From: Phycisphaerales bacterium
Lineage (GTDB): Bacteria > Planctomycetota > Phycisphaerae > Phycisphaerales > UBA1924
Direction: 5' to 3'
Length of the DNA: 64,000 nucleotides
Assembly (NCBI GenBank): GCA_965227775.1
Contig: OZ245777.1
Span: 3,072,001-3,136,000 of the forward strand
In this document: in pieces, positions 20,345 to 31,045 of the stretch
Layout: each line of letters starts with the position of its first letter
Position numbering within the stretch: the first letter of the stretch is position 1
The notes under the pieces: model-generated
Told to the model about the DNA's origin: nothing
Databases searched by the model: none
Seen by the model: the letters and a program-made list of their open reading frames with translations, nothing else
Program-made: the position numbers and the translations under genes

Positions 20345-21403
20345 ATGATCAAGCTCGCTGACCGCATCCGCCGCACTCGCGGCACCACCGGGACCCGATC
20401 GGGCTTCACGCTCATCGAGCTCCTGGTGGTCATCGCCATCATCGCCCTGCTAATCAGCGTGCTGCTGCCGGCTCTCGGCGAGGCACGCAAGACCGCCCGC
20501 TTGGCGATCGACCTGGGCAACCTCAAGCAGTTCGGCTTTGCCCTGGGCACCTATTCCGCGGACTACCAAGACCGCATCTACGCCTTCACCTGGAACGATG
20601 AGGATGACATCCGCCGCGGCCGCCAGAGCGATGAGGGCGGAGCCCTGACTGGCACCGGCATCGCCGCTTCCGCCGCTCAGGCAACGGACATCATCCGCTT
20701 TCGCGCCAATCGTCCCGAGTTCAACCAGCCGACCAACTGGATTCCCAACGTGCTGTATACGCACCTGGTTGTGAACGACTACCTGGCCCAGAAGCTGCCC
20801 GAGAAGATGGTCGTGTCCCCCATGGACCGCTACCGCCTCCAGTGGCAGGAAGATCCCAAGAACCTGTTCGACCAGAACTACTGGTTCCCCTTCCAGGAAG
20901 CAGCGACCAACTCCAACATTCGTTGGCCGTACAGCTCGAGCTACCAGGTGGTCCCCGCGTCGTACGACGCGTCGCAGGCGGGCAGCCGGATCACCCAGAA
21001 TCCCAGCAGCCACCGCTCGTACCAGATCCCCGGTGGCGCGAAGATTGGCGAACTGAAGATCACGGCCGTCGATTCGCCGGCCCAGAAGGTCTTCATGCAC
21101 GACAGCAACGACCGCTACAGCAAGCAGGAGCTCTTCTACGCGTTCCCCGACGCCAAGACGACCATGATCATGTTCGATCTCTCGGCGAGCGTCCGCGTGA
21201 CCGATGACGCGAACGTCGGCTGGCAGCCCAACAACCCGACGCAGGATCGGGCCACCCGCTTCCAGTTCGACCCGTCCGGTTCGGCTTGGGAGCCCCAGGC
21301 GCGCGGCCCCGCTGCCGTCGATGGCTACTACCGCTGGACCCGCGGTGGGCTGAAGGGCGTCGACTACGGCGGCACCGAGATCGACACCGGCCAGCTCGAC
21401 TGA
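20345..21403 (+). CDS. Prepilin-type (DUF1559-like) protein, paralog 4
   Basis: GGAGG RBS; same leader; tail ...[10 protein letters not shown]. Confidence 0.9.
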   Translation: MIKLADRIRRTRGTTGTRSGFTLIELLVVIAIIALLISVLLPALGEARKTARLAIDLGNLKQFGFALGTYSADYQDRIYAFTWNDEDDIRRGRQSDEGGALTGTGIAASAAQATDIIRFRANRPEFNQPTNWIPNVLYTHLVVNDYLAQKLPEKMVVSPMDRYRLQWQEDPKNLFDQNYWFPFQEAATNSNIRWPYSSSYQVVPASYDASQAGSRITQNPSSHRSYQIPGGAKIGELKITAVDSPAQKVFMHDSNDRYSKQELFYAFPDAKTTMIMFDLSASVRVTDDANVGWQPNNPTQDRATRFQFDPSGSAWEPQARGPAAVDGYYRWTRGGLKGVDYGGTEIDTGQLD

Positions 21404-21433
21404 TCGAAGCTTGATTCCTCGAACAACGCTTCT

Positions 21434-21460
21434 GCGGCCCGCCTCCCGGCGGGCCGTTTT
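21434..21460 (+). terminator. Terminator after paralog 4
   Basis: GCGGCCCGCC/GGCGGGCCGT followed by TTT. Confidence 0.75.
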
Positions 21461-21543
21461 CGTTGGTGGTGCGCTACCATTGTGGAGACACCCAACACGG
21501 GGCCCACGCAGGGTCTGAGGAAGCGTTTGAGGAGGCTTGCCCG

Positions 21544-22524
21544 GTGCAAATCCTGATTGCCGACAAGTTCGAAGATTCCGGCGTGCAGGCCCTTTCGGCC
21601 GCGGGCCACGAGGTGATCGTCGAGCCCGGGCTCGGTCCCGACTCGCTACCCGAGGCGTTGTCCCAACACCGGCCCGAGGTCCTGATCGTCCGCTCCACGA
21701 AGGTCCCCGCGGGCGTCATCGAAGGTCAGGAGTCGCTCAAGGGCATTATCCGCGCCGGGGCTGGTCACGACAACATCGACTCGGCGGCCGCCAGCGCGAA
21801 GGGCGTTGCGGTGTGCAACTGCCCGGGCATGAACGCCGTTGCCGTCGCGGAACTCGCGATGGGCCACATCATCAACTGCGATCGCCGCCTGCCCGCCCAG
21901 GACGCCGAGCTTCGCACCGGGCACTGGAACAAGAAGGAATTCGCCAAGGCGCGCGGACTCAAGGGGCTCACACTCCTGCTCGTCGGCATGGGCGCCATCG
22001 GTCGCGAGGTCGCGACTCGCGCCAACGCTTTCGGCATGGACGTCGTCGGCTGGTCTCGCAGCCTCACGCCACAGTCTGCCGAGCAGATGGGTGTGCGTTT
22101 CGGCGGCAGCACACAGGACGACCTGAAGCGGCTTCTGGCCGACGCCGACGTGGTCAGCATGCACGTCGCTGCTACGGCCGAGACCAAGGGCATGTGCGAT
22201 GCCGACTTCTTTGGCGCGATGAAGGAAGGCGCCTACTTCATCAACACGGCTCGCGGAACGCTGGTCGATGAAACCGCGCTGCTCGATGCAATAAAGGCTA
22301 AGGGCCTGCGTGTCGGGACCGACGTGTACCAGAACCAGCCCGGTACGCCCGACGAAGCGTTCAAGACTCCCATGGCCTCCGACGGCGTCTGCTGCTCGCA
22401 CCACTGCGGCGCTTCGACCGATCAGGCGCAGCAGGCCGTGGCGGACGAGACCGTCCGGATAGTCGCCGAGTATGCGAAGACTGGGTCGTTCATCAACGTA
22501 GTCAACCAGCTGCAGCCCGCCTGA
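21544..22524 (+). CDS. serA: D-3-phosphoglycerate dehydrogenase-like (D-2-hydroxyacid dehydrogenase, no ACT domain)
   Basis: IVRSTKV, RAGAGHDNID, NAVAVAEL, GMGAIG, INTARG, HCGAST; adjacent to serC; GTG start with GAGGAGG RBS. Confidence 0.8.
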   Translation: MQILIADKFEDSGVQALSAAGHEVIVEPGLGPDSLPEALSQHRPEVLIVRSTKVPAGVIEGQESLKGIIRAGAGHDNIDSAAASAKGVAVCNCPGMNAVAVAELAMGHIINCDRRLPAQDAELRTGHWNKKEFAKARGLKGLTLLLVGMGAIGREVATRANAFGMDVVGWSRSLTPQSAEQMGVRFGGSTQDDLKRLLADADVVSMHVAATAETKGMCDADFFGAMKEGAYFINTARGTLVDETALLDAIKAKGLRVGTDVYQNQPGTPDEAFKTPMASDGVCCSHHCGASTDQAQQAVADETVRIVAEYAKTGSFINVVNQLQPA

Positions 22525-22584
22525 CGGCGGCAACCCGCACGCCTTTCACGCTCCAACGAATCCTTGCGACAGGAGAACAACACG

Positions 22585-23702
<1,118 letters not shown>

Positions 23703-23706
<4 letters not shown>

Positions 23707-24770
23707 CCAGACCGGCCGAGCCGGGCGAGCGCTGCCTCGATAACTTCGTCAGCCGCGATCGCGTGCATCATGCTCGCGTTCGCGGCGTTTTTGTGCGCAC
23801 TGGGGTGACTTGGCGCCTCGTGCTGGATGACGTCGCTCGAGCGCTCGTAGGGACCGACCAGGCCCGTGAGCGTGGGGCCAAACAACGCCACCAGCGGCCG
23901 GGCAAAGCCCACAGCCATATGCAGCACGGCCGAATCGTTCGCGACGACGAGGCTCGCGCGCTGCACGATTGCCATGAGCTCAGCGATGCCTGTTCGCGCG
24001 ACGAGGTCGATCACGCGTGGATGGTCGTAGCTGAGCGCACACGTTCGCTCGCACTGGGCACGCTCGCCCGGCCCGCCGACGACAGCGATGCTCGCCTTGG
24101 TTCGCTCCAGCACCGCGAGCGCAAGCTGCGCGAATCGCTCATCGGGCCATTGCTTGGCGGGCCAACGGCTCGTCGGAGCGAGAACGACCAATGGTCCGCT
24201 TGCTGCGTCACCCAGGAGGACTTCGGCTGCTCGCTGCGCTTCGGGAGCCGAGTACAGCCGCATGTCCGGCGCGGCGATGGGCTCCGAGGCGCCATAGTTA
24301 TCGATCGCAGCCTGTGCCAGGCCGAGCATGCGGTCGACGGCGTGCGTGCTGCCCGCGCTCTCGACACGACGCGTATAGGCGAGGTGGGCTAACTCTCGGG
24401 CATCAGCCGCCCCCACGCGCACCGGGGCGGCGGTCGCGAGGGTCATCAGGCCGCTGCGCATCAGCCCCTGACAATCGATGACCAGGTCGTATCGCCGTCG
24501 GCGGAGACCGTTGCCCCACCGCACGGCGGCAACAAACTTGTCGGGCCTGGCCAAGGGAGAGAGGTCCCGCCGCGGGAAAGCAACAACCTCGCTTAGCGCT
24601 GGATGGGCCTCGATAGCCGGAGCGAACGCGTCCTGCACGAGCCAATCGATCACCGCGTTCGGCCATCGGGCTCGCAAGGCGGCAAGCACCGGCACGCTCC
24701 GGCAGACGTCGCCCAACGCACTGGGGCGGATGATCAGGATGCGCTCGGGCTCGCTGTTCGGGGGCCGCAC
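23703..24770 (-). CDS. Glycosyltransferase family 9 (LPS heptosyltransferase-like)
   Basis: ILIIRPSALGDV, DCQGL, KQWP, ANDSAVLHMA, ALFGPT; GTG start chosen from an upstream TACACT box. Confidence 0.87.
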
Positions 24771-24817
24771 GGCCCAGTGTATCGGCGATGGGCGGTGCGA
24801 GGGCACTATGCTGGCCT

Positions 24818-25975
24818 ATGAAGCGATTCGTGATGCTGACGTTGCTCCCGATTCTGGCTCTGCTGGCGACCTTGGCGACCGGGCAGGACGCCCCGACCAC
24901 GGAACCAATGAAGCAGCAGCCTCTCGCTCCGGCCACACTGGCCGGGCTGATCGTGCACGGCGAGACCGACGCAGCGAGTGCCGAGCCTGAACGCTTCCTC
25001 GAGGCGCTCGCAGGGCTTGATTCCTTCGTGTCGCTCAACGACGCACAGAGTGTCGCCTCCCTTGTTCGCATCATGACTGAGGCGGCCTCGGCCCCCGGCA
25101 CAACGGTCGTTCTCACGGATTTGGAGGGTGGGGCGCCAGCGGTATCCGTCACCACGCCCGGTGTGCTCGATGACGAATCTGGGCGCGAGGCCAGTGTTCA
25201 TTGGTGGGTTACTGGCGAACGCACGCTGTTCGTGTATCAACGTGGCGAAGATGCGGTCGACCTCACCAGCGCTGGATTGGGTCCCGACTCGCTGCGACTC
25301 AGCTTCGCCGACCACCGCCCCACCGCCACCAACGGCGTTGAGGTGATGCTTGACCTCGAGAGTCTCCGCCGCGCCTGGCCGCAGTCGCTCGCCGACGGTC
25401 CCGCCCGGCGCGTGGTCGCCGTGACCGGCCTTGCCAACGCCCGCAAGGTCCACGTGCACATACCCGAGAGCGGATCCACCCGTCTCGCGTACTCAAGCCG
25501 TGCACTGGTTCCCGAGGATGTGAACTCGCGAAGCGGTCCCCAGCCCGCCGCCGGGTCGGCGATTGGCGTTCGCTGGCCCGCAGTCTTCGACGCGGGCCTT
25601 CGTACCTATGCCGTGGCGCTCGGCGACGAGCAACGCCAGGCGTTCGGCCAGCAGTTCCAGCAGTGGATGGGCCAGCACGGCAACCGACTTCGTGGCATGG
25701 TACAGGCTGTCGAGATCGGCATGGATTGGAGCGTCGAACGCTCGGAGGACGGACTGCGCACCGAGGTCGTCGTGCCGATTCGTGAGGGCATCGAGATGCC
25801 AAGGCTGGCCGAGGCCATGCGCGCAACGCTCTTGGGCTCGGGCTTCGAGGCCACCGACACCGGAGGGAAGCTAACGCTCCCAGAGCACGTTGCGGCTGCC
25901 ATGGGCGGCCAGACGCTGAGCATCACCGTTGACATCGAGCGTGAGCCCGCGGTCCTCAAGATCGTGATCGAGTAG
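24818..25975 (+). CDS. Hypothetical secreted protein
   Basis: Signal peptide MKRFVMLTLLPILALLATLATG; no recognisable family. Confidence 0.7.
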   Translation: MKRFVMLTLLPILALLATLATGQDAPTTEPMKQQPLAPATLAGLIVHGETDAASAEPERFLEALAGLDSFVSLNDAQSVASLVRIMTEAASAPGTTVVLTDLEGGAPAVSVTTPGVLDDESGREASVHWWVTGERTLFVYQRGEDAVDLTSAGLGPDSLRLSFADHRPTATNGVEVMLDLESLRRAWPQSLADGPARRVVAVTGLANARKVHVHIPESGSTRLAYSSRALVPEDVNSRSGPQPAAGSAIGVRWPAVFDAGLRTYAVALGDEQRQAFGQQFQQWMGQHGNRLRGMVQAVEIGMDWSVERSEDGLRTEVVVPIREGIEMPRLAEAMRATLLGSGFEATDTGGKLTLPEHVAAAMGGQTLSITVDIEREPAVLKIVIE

Positions 25976-25981
25976 AAACGC

Positions 25982-27676
25982 TCAGACCGTCAGCACACGC
26001 AGCACTTCGGAGATCGTCGTCTTGCCCGCGCGGGCCTTGGCGAACCCATCCTGGCTCATTCTGGCCAGCACGCCGTCTTCGAGCGCGTGGGCCGCAATGT
26101 CGCCAGCGCTGCGGCCGTGCATGATGTCGTCGCGCAGACGGTCGCTGCTGCGGAGCAACTCGTAGATGCCGATGCGTCCGCGGTAGCCGCTATGCCTGCA
26201 GTCGCGGCAGCCGTCGCCACGCGTCAGCAGACCATCGTCGTTCGGCTCGAAGCCCGGCGGCAACTCGGTGTCATCGGGCGTGTACGTCGCGGCGCAATTC
26301 GGGCATACACGCCGCACCAGCCGCTGGGCTAGCACGCCCTCGATGCTCGAACTCACCAGGAAGGGCTCGACGCCCATGTCCAGCAGTCGCGTCATGGCAC
26401 CGGGTGCGTCGTTCGTGTGCAGCGTGCTGAACACGAGGTGGCCGGTGAGCGACGCCTGGATGGCCGTCTCGGCGGTTTCCTTGTCGCGGATCTCGCCGAT
26501 CATGACCACATCCGGGTCGTGACGCAAGATGCTCCGCAGCCCGGCCGCGAAGGTCAGCCCGACCTGCGTGTTGACCTGGATCTGGTTGACCCCGCCCACG
26601 TGGTACTCGACGGGGTCCTCGACCGTGATGGCCTTGATCTCGTCGCTCACGATGCGGTTGAGCGAGGCATACAGCGTCGTCGACTTACCCGATCCGGTCG
26701 GACCAGTGACGAGCAGGATGCCGTAGGGACGCTCGATGAGCGTGTTCCACTCGTCCTGGATCCAGCCCGGCATGCCCAGATCGCCGAGCTCCATGAGCAC
26801 AGCCGACTTGTTCAGGATGCGGAGCACGACGCCCTCGCCGAACAGCATCGGGATGACACTCACGCGCAGATCGAACTCCTGCAGTGCCATTCGGCCGTTG
26901 TCGTCGGGAAGGCGCTGCTTGAGCGTGATGCGCCCGTCTTGCGGCTTGCGCTTCTCGGCGATGTTCATGTTGGACATGATCTTCAGGCGGCTAATGATGG
27001 CCGCCGAGAAGCGATTGATCGTCTCGGGCACGTTGGCCCGCTGCAACACGCCGTCGATCCGATACCGGACGATGAGCCGGTGCTCGTAGGGCTCGATGTG
27101 CACGTCGGTCGCGCGCTCGCGTACGGCTTCGAGCAGGATGTCGTTCACCAGCTTGATGACGCTGGCTTCCTGCGCCTGCTCGATCTCGTCTTCGTCGCCG
27201 CTCTTAACCTCGACCTGCGCACCGGCTTCGGCCGAGAGCGCATCGAGCGTGTCGGAGCCAACGCCGTAGTTTGCGCGGATGAACCGCTGGAGGCCATCGT
27301 CGTCGGCCAGCACCACCTCGATGCTGTGGCCGGTCAGCAAACGCAGTTCGTCGAGCACGCCGAGTTCGAACGGATCGCTCGTTGCAACGGTCAGCGTGCC
27401 ATTCTCTCGACGGATCGGCACGCACCGCTGCTTGTGCACGAGGCTGGCAGGCAGGGCCTGCAACACCTTTGACTCGACGACCAGCGAATCAAGGTCGACC
27501 ACGTCCAGGTGAAACTGATCGCCAATGGTCTGCAGCACCTGATCGGGGTCGACCAGCCCCATCCGGACCAAAACCCGATCAAGACGCTCGCCCGAGGAAC
27601 GCTGCTGGGCCAGCGCATGGTCCAACTGCTCCTGCGTGATCACGCCGCGATCGAGAAGTACGGTGCCAATTCCCAT
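25982..27676 (-). CDS. GspE/PilB family assembly ATPase
   Basis: ATDVHIEP, PQDGR, GPTGSGKSTT, TVEDPVE, LRHDPDVVMIGEIRD, STLHTND, CxxC...CxxC. Confidence 0.95.
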   Translation of the reverse strand: MGIGTVLLDRGVITQEQLDHALAQQRSSGERLDRVLVRMGLVDPDQVLQTIGDQFHLDVVDLDSLVVESKVLQALPASLVHKQRCVPIRRENGTLTVATSDPFELGVLDELRLLTGHSIEVVLADDDGLQRFIRANYGVGSDTLDALSAEAGAQVEVKSGDEDEIEQAQEASVIKLVNDILLEAVRERATDVHIEPYEHRLIVRYRIDGVLQRANVPETINRFSAAIISRLKIMSNMNIAEKRKPQDGRITLKQRLPDDNGRMALQEFDLRVSVIPMLFGEGVVLRILNKSAVLMELGDLGMPGWIQDEWNTLIERPYGILLVTGPTGSGKSTTLYASLNRIVSDEIKAITVEDPVEYHVGGVNQIQVNTQVGLTFAAGLRSILRHDPDVVMIGEIRDKETAETAIQASLTGHLVFSTLHTNDAPGAMTRLLDMGVEPFLVSSSIEGVLAQRLVRRVCPNCAATYTPDDTELPPGFEPNDDGLLTRGDGCRDCRHSGYRGRIGIYELLRSSDRLRDDIMHGRSAGDIAAHALEDGVLARMSQDGFAKARAGKTTISEVLRVLTV

Positions 27677-27756
27677 GGATACTGAAAGTGTATTGCCCCC
27701 CCGCTCCGGCGTAACGGGCACGATGTAGAGCCACCCGGAATTTCTGGTTATGGGGG

Positions 27757-27804
27757 TTGACCTGGGCTGATTAATATGTTACCTTATAGTCACATATATG
27801 CTAC
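27757..27804 (+). promoter_or_regulatory. Promoter with overlapping inverted-repeat operator (probable ArsR site)
   Basis: TTGACC-17nt-TACCTT; ATATGTTAC-N6-GTCACATAT at 27774-27797 and a third half-site ATATGCTAC. Confidence 0.7.
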
Positions 27805-27849
27805 CAGCATCCGCGATCATCGAATCGCGCCAGGCCCAGGAGACCAACC

Positions 27850-28368
27850 ATGCCCGACGCCCCTTCATCCGCCCAGTCATTCACGCATGTCCGCGACGGC
27901 CTCCGAAACATGGAGTTCGCCCGTGCGCTGCTCCTCGAGATGGCCAAGGCCACGCCCGACGAGAAGTTCTACGAGGTACCGGCCGACGGCGGCAACCACG
28001 CGGCCTGGAACATGGGCCACGTCGCCGTCACCGACGACCTGATTCGTGCTTCGCTGGGCGGCGGCGATCATGTCCTGCCAACGGAGTGGCACGAGATGTT
28101 CAAGGGTGGCAGCACCTGCAAGCCGGGAGCCGAGGGGCACCCGACGCGCGACGAGTTGCTCGATGCGCTGGCCCGCTCCCGCGCGGCGGTCGTGTCGTGG
28201 CTCGGTGGACTCAACGAGAGCGAACTGAACGAGCCACTGACAGGCGGATTCGTCCAGTTCGCCGCCGATCGAGTCATGCTCATGGGTTCGATCGCGTCGC
28301 ACGAGGCGTTCCACGCGGGCCAGATGAGTGCGGCGCGCCGCGTGTTCGGCATGCCGCCATTGTTCTAG
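27850..28368 (+). CDS. DinB/DUF664 family protein
   Basis: NHAAWNMGHVA and HEAFHAGQ metal-binding His pattern. Confidence 0.85.
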   Translation: MPDAPSSAQSFTHVRDGLRNMEFARALLLEMAKATPDEKFYEVPADGGNHAAWNMGHVAVTDDLIRASLGGGDHVLPTEWHEMFKGGSTCKPGAEGHPTRDELLDALARSRAAVVSWLGGLNESELNEPLTGGFVQFAADRVMLMGSIASHEAFHAGQMSAARRVFGMPPLF

Positions 28369-28387
28369 GGACCACGGAGTGCCAGGC

Positions 28388-29215
28388 ATGGATGCTGCGA
28401 GCACGGCACCAGCCCCGATCGACGCCGACGGCGTGTGGAAGGCCCTGAGCGATCCAACGCGACGTGCCATCCTCGACCTGCTGCGTGCGGGCCGCGCTAC
28501 GACGGGCGACGTCGCCGGCGCCTTCCCATCGCTGAGCAGGTTCGCGGTGATGAAGCACCTGACGGTGCTCGAAGAAGCCGGGCTGGTCATCGCGCGCAAG
28601 GAGGGGCGTCGCAAGTTCAATTACCTCAACGCGGTGCCCCTGCGCAGGGTGTACGAGCGTTGGGTTAGCAAGTATCAGGATCGATGGGCGGGCTCGCTCA
28701 TTGGCCTGCAGCAACTCGCCCATCGCGAGCAGCAACGCACGGGGGAATCGAAGATGACGACGCAGACCATCAACATGTCCGCAACGGTCGTACAAACCGA
28801 GATCACGATCGATGCCTCACCAGAACAGGTGTACGACCTGTTCTTCGAGCGACCAAACGACTGGTTCTACGAGAGCGAGGAGAGCCGCAAGACGCAAACG
28901 ACCATCGCCGAGCGCAAGATCGGCGGGCACTTCTACCTGGAGACCAGGCGCCCCGACGGCCCGCCCGACCAGAACGTCATCGGCACGTTCACAATGCTCA
29001 AGCCAGGACGCAAGATCCGCATGCGAGGTGACTGCACCGTGCCCAACGCGTTCATCGCCAACATGACAATTGCCTTTGAGCCTGCCGGCAACGGCACGCG
29101 CGTCAGCGTTGAGCACCGCATGGCGGGCGAATACGACGACGATCTGCCAGCCGGCTTCGAGGAGGGCTGGCAAGACGGGCTTCAGAAGCTCAAGGCGTTG
29201 TGCGAGGGCAACTAG
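28388..29215 (+). CDS. ArsR-family HTH regulator fused to SRPBCC/AHSA1 domain
   Basis: KALSDPTRRAILDLL, SRFAVMKHLTVLEEAGLV; TEITIDASPEQVY...GTRVSVEH...GWQDGL. Confidence 0.87.
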   Translation: MDAASTAPAPIDADGVWKALSDPTRRAILDLLRAGRATTGDVAGAFPSLSRFAVMKHLTVLEEAGLVIARKEGRRKFNYLNAVPLRRVYERWVSKYQDRWAGSLIGLQQLAHREQQRTGESKMTTQTINMSATVVQTEITIDASPEQVYDLFFERPNDWFYESEESRKTQTTIAERKIGGHFYLETRRPDGPPDQNVIGTFTMLKPGRKIRMRGDCTVPNAFIANMTIAFEPAGNGTRVSVEHRMAGEYDDDLPAGFEEGWQDGLQKLKALCEGN

Positions 29216-30952
29216 CTAACGCAACCGAACATGGAACAACTCGGGTGGAACCGAGGAATCCATGTTGGATACGGCCGGCAGCGTCCGAATGGTCGCTGGC
29301 TGGCCTTCTGCTTTGAGCGCGAGCCGATCAATGGGCAACACTCGCCCCTCTTCGTCGATGCGAAGCAGGAGCAACCGATCCCACTCGATCAGTTGCGGCG
29401 GCCACTGGCCCCCATCCCACGCGGGCCCATCGGACATTCCTACCGTCCAGCCCTCTTCTGAGATCTGCGACGCCGGCACACCAAACGCAATCGAGAAGCG
29501 GTTCTTCGCGAAGATGTCGTCTCTTCCGTAAGCGTGCCTGAGGACCGCGGTTGCGATGTGATCCATCTGCCATGCGCTCCAGAACCGCTTGTCGTAGTGC
29601 TGCCGACCCGTGTCGGCTTCTCGCCAGGCCGCTCGGGCAATCACGATGACCGCATCTTGGGGCGGACTTGGATACAGCTCAACGATGGCCGCGGCCTCAT
29701 CCATGTCCATCTGATAGCGCTCTCGGAGTGTGGACTGGATGCCCACGAGCGCCACAGACGCGAGCGTAGCCCACACGAGCGCGACGACCGCACACGTTCG
29801 GGCCGCGATAGAAGCCGCCATCGCCGGCAAGAGTCGACCCAGTCGCCTGGATGCCTCGAGCACGACGACGAGCAGACCCAATAGAGGGAGATACACGTGT
29901 CGAGCCTCGATCGGACCAGTCAAGATGATCACAAACGGGACAAGCCCGAGCACGAACCACGCAACGCCAAACACCATCAGCCAGACACTCGACGCGTGCT
30001 CATCGGCTTTGGTCGCGGGCCGCGTTCGCACCGCCCAGATGAGCCCGGCAACAAGCGCTACCACGATCGCGAAGATACCTAGACCGCCCAAGCTGGCAAC
30101 ACCGACCTCGAAGCCGCCAAGTGTCAGATCGCGTCCGTGGGGGCCGAACGTCTGGCTCCACGTGCCGTTCAACGCAGCCTCGGCTCGATCGGGCCATCCC
30201 CCAATGGGTGCGAATGAGGATGACCCACCCCGGTGATTCCCGGGCGCGGTGAAGGTAACGAGCGCGACGTAGGCAAATGCCGGCAAAGCCACGGCAGCGC
30301 CAACCGAGACCATCGTTCGGAGCCGATCCCGCAACGGCTTTGCGTTCGCCAACGGCAGGATCGCGATGGCCCCCAAACATGCGGCGGCCTGTTCGTTCAG
30401 GCAGCACGCCATGAAGGCCAATCCCGAGACTGCCGTCGTTCTCATGACGCCAGACCGGATCTGACCAGCCCCACTCACCACCATGGCAGCGATGATCGCA
30501 CAAAGGCCAGCCAGCGCCGTCGGCATCGCCGCTGGCCAGTGCATGACGTCAAACGCCATCGGCAGCGTCAAGAACACCATCGCCGCGAGACCAGCGCCAA
30601 GCAAGAACCCGAGAGACCGAAACCAACGCCAGACCAGAATCGTCAGGACGCCATGGGCCAACGCCGTAAGCAGGTTTGCGATCCACGGCGCATCCCAGGT
30701 CAGACTGACAAGATGTCGCACAAGCACGAGCGACATCGGCCGCCAGAAGAGCGGCATGCGCCAGAGATCCGCAACCGCAACCTGGCCAGTCGCGGGGTCA
30801 TTGACGGCCCACGTGTAGTCGTCCCGCGTCTTTCCGATGTCGCCGCCATAGATCGCGCCCGCGAGCATCCACAACGCAAGGCAGCAGATCAGGAGCGCAA
30901 GGCCCGATGTCGTCTTCTTGCTTCCGACACCCCCTGATGGCGTTTCTGGCAT
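29216..30952 (-). CDS. Polytopic membrane protein, probable GT-C-fold glycosyltransferase
   Basis: About 10 hydrophobic segments; RDDY after TM1, FWRP, EARHVYLP. Confidence 0.6.
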   Translation of the reverse strand: MPETPSGGVGSKKTTSGLALLICCLALWMLAGAIYGGDIGKTRDDYTWAVNDPATGQVAVADLWRMPLFWRPMSLVLVRHLVSLTWDAPWIANLLTALAHGVLTILVWRWFRSLGFLLGAGLAAMVFLTLPMAFDVMHWPAAMPTALAGLCAIIAAMVVSGAGQIRSGVMRTTAVSGLAFMACCLNEQAAACLGAIAILPLANAKPLRDRLRTMVSVGAAVALPAFAYVALVTFTAPGNHRGGSSSFAPIGGWPDRAEAALNGTWSQTFGPHGRDLTLGGFEVGVASLGGLGIFAIVVALVAGLIWAVRTRPATKADEHASSVWLMVFGVAWFVLGLVPFVIILTGPIEARHVYLPLLGLLVVVLEASRRLGRLLPAMAASIAARTCAVVALVWATLASVALVGIQSTLRERYQMDMDEAAAIVELYPSPPQDAVIVIARAAWREADTGRQHYDKRFWSAWQMDHIATAVLRHAYGRDDIFAKNRFSIAFGVPASQISEEGWTVGMSDGPAWDGGQWPPQLIEWDRLLLLRIDEEGRVLPIDRLALKAEGQPATIRTLPAVSNMDSSVPPELFHVRLR

Positions 30953-31045
30953 CGTCCGACTATACCGCCGGTATCACCGCGACGGAAAGACCATGGTTCG
31001 GACTCCCAGGAACATGGGAGCGAAATCAGGGATGAGGAGCTCGTG

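Noticed and set aside
16466..21403. Prepilin array as a diversity-generating retroelement or invertible shufflon
   Set aside because: No reverse transcriptase or recombinase in the window, differences are not adenine-specific, and all copies are full-length and co-oriented.
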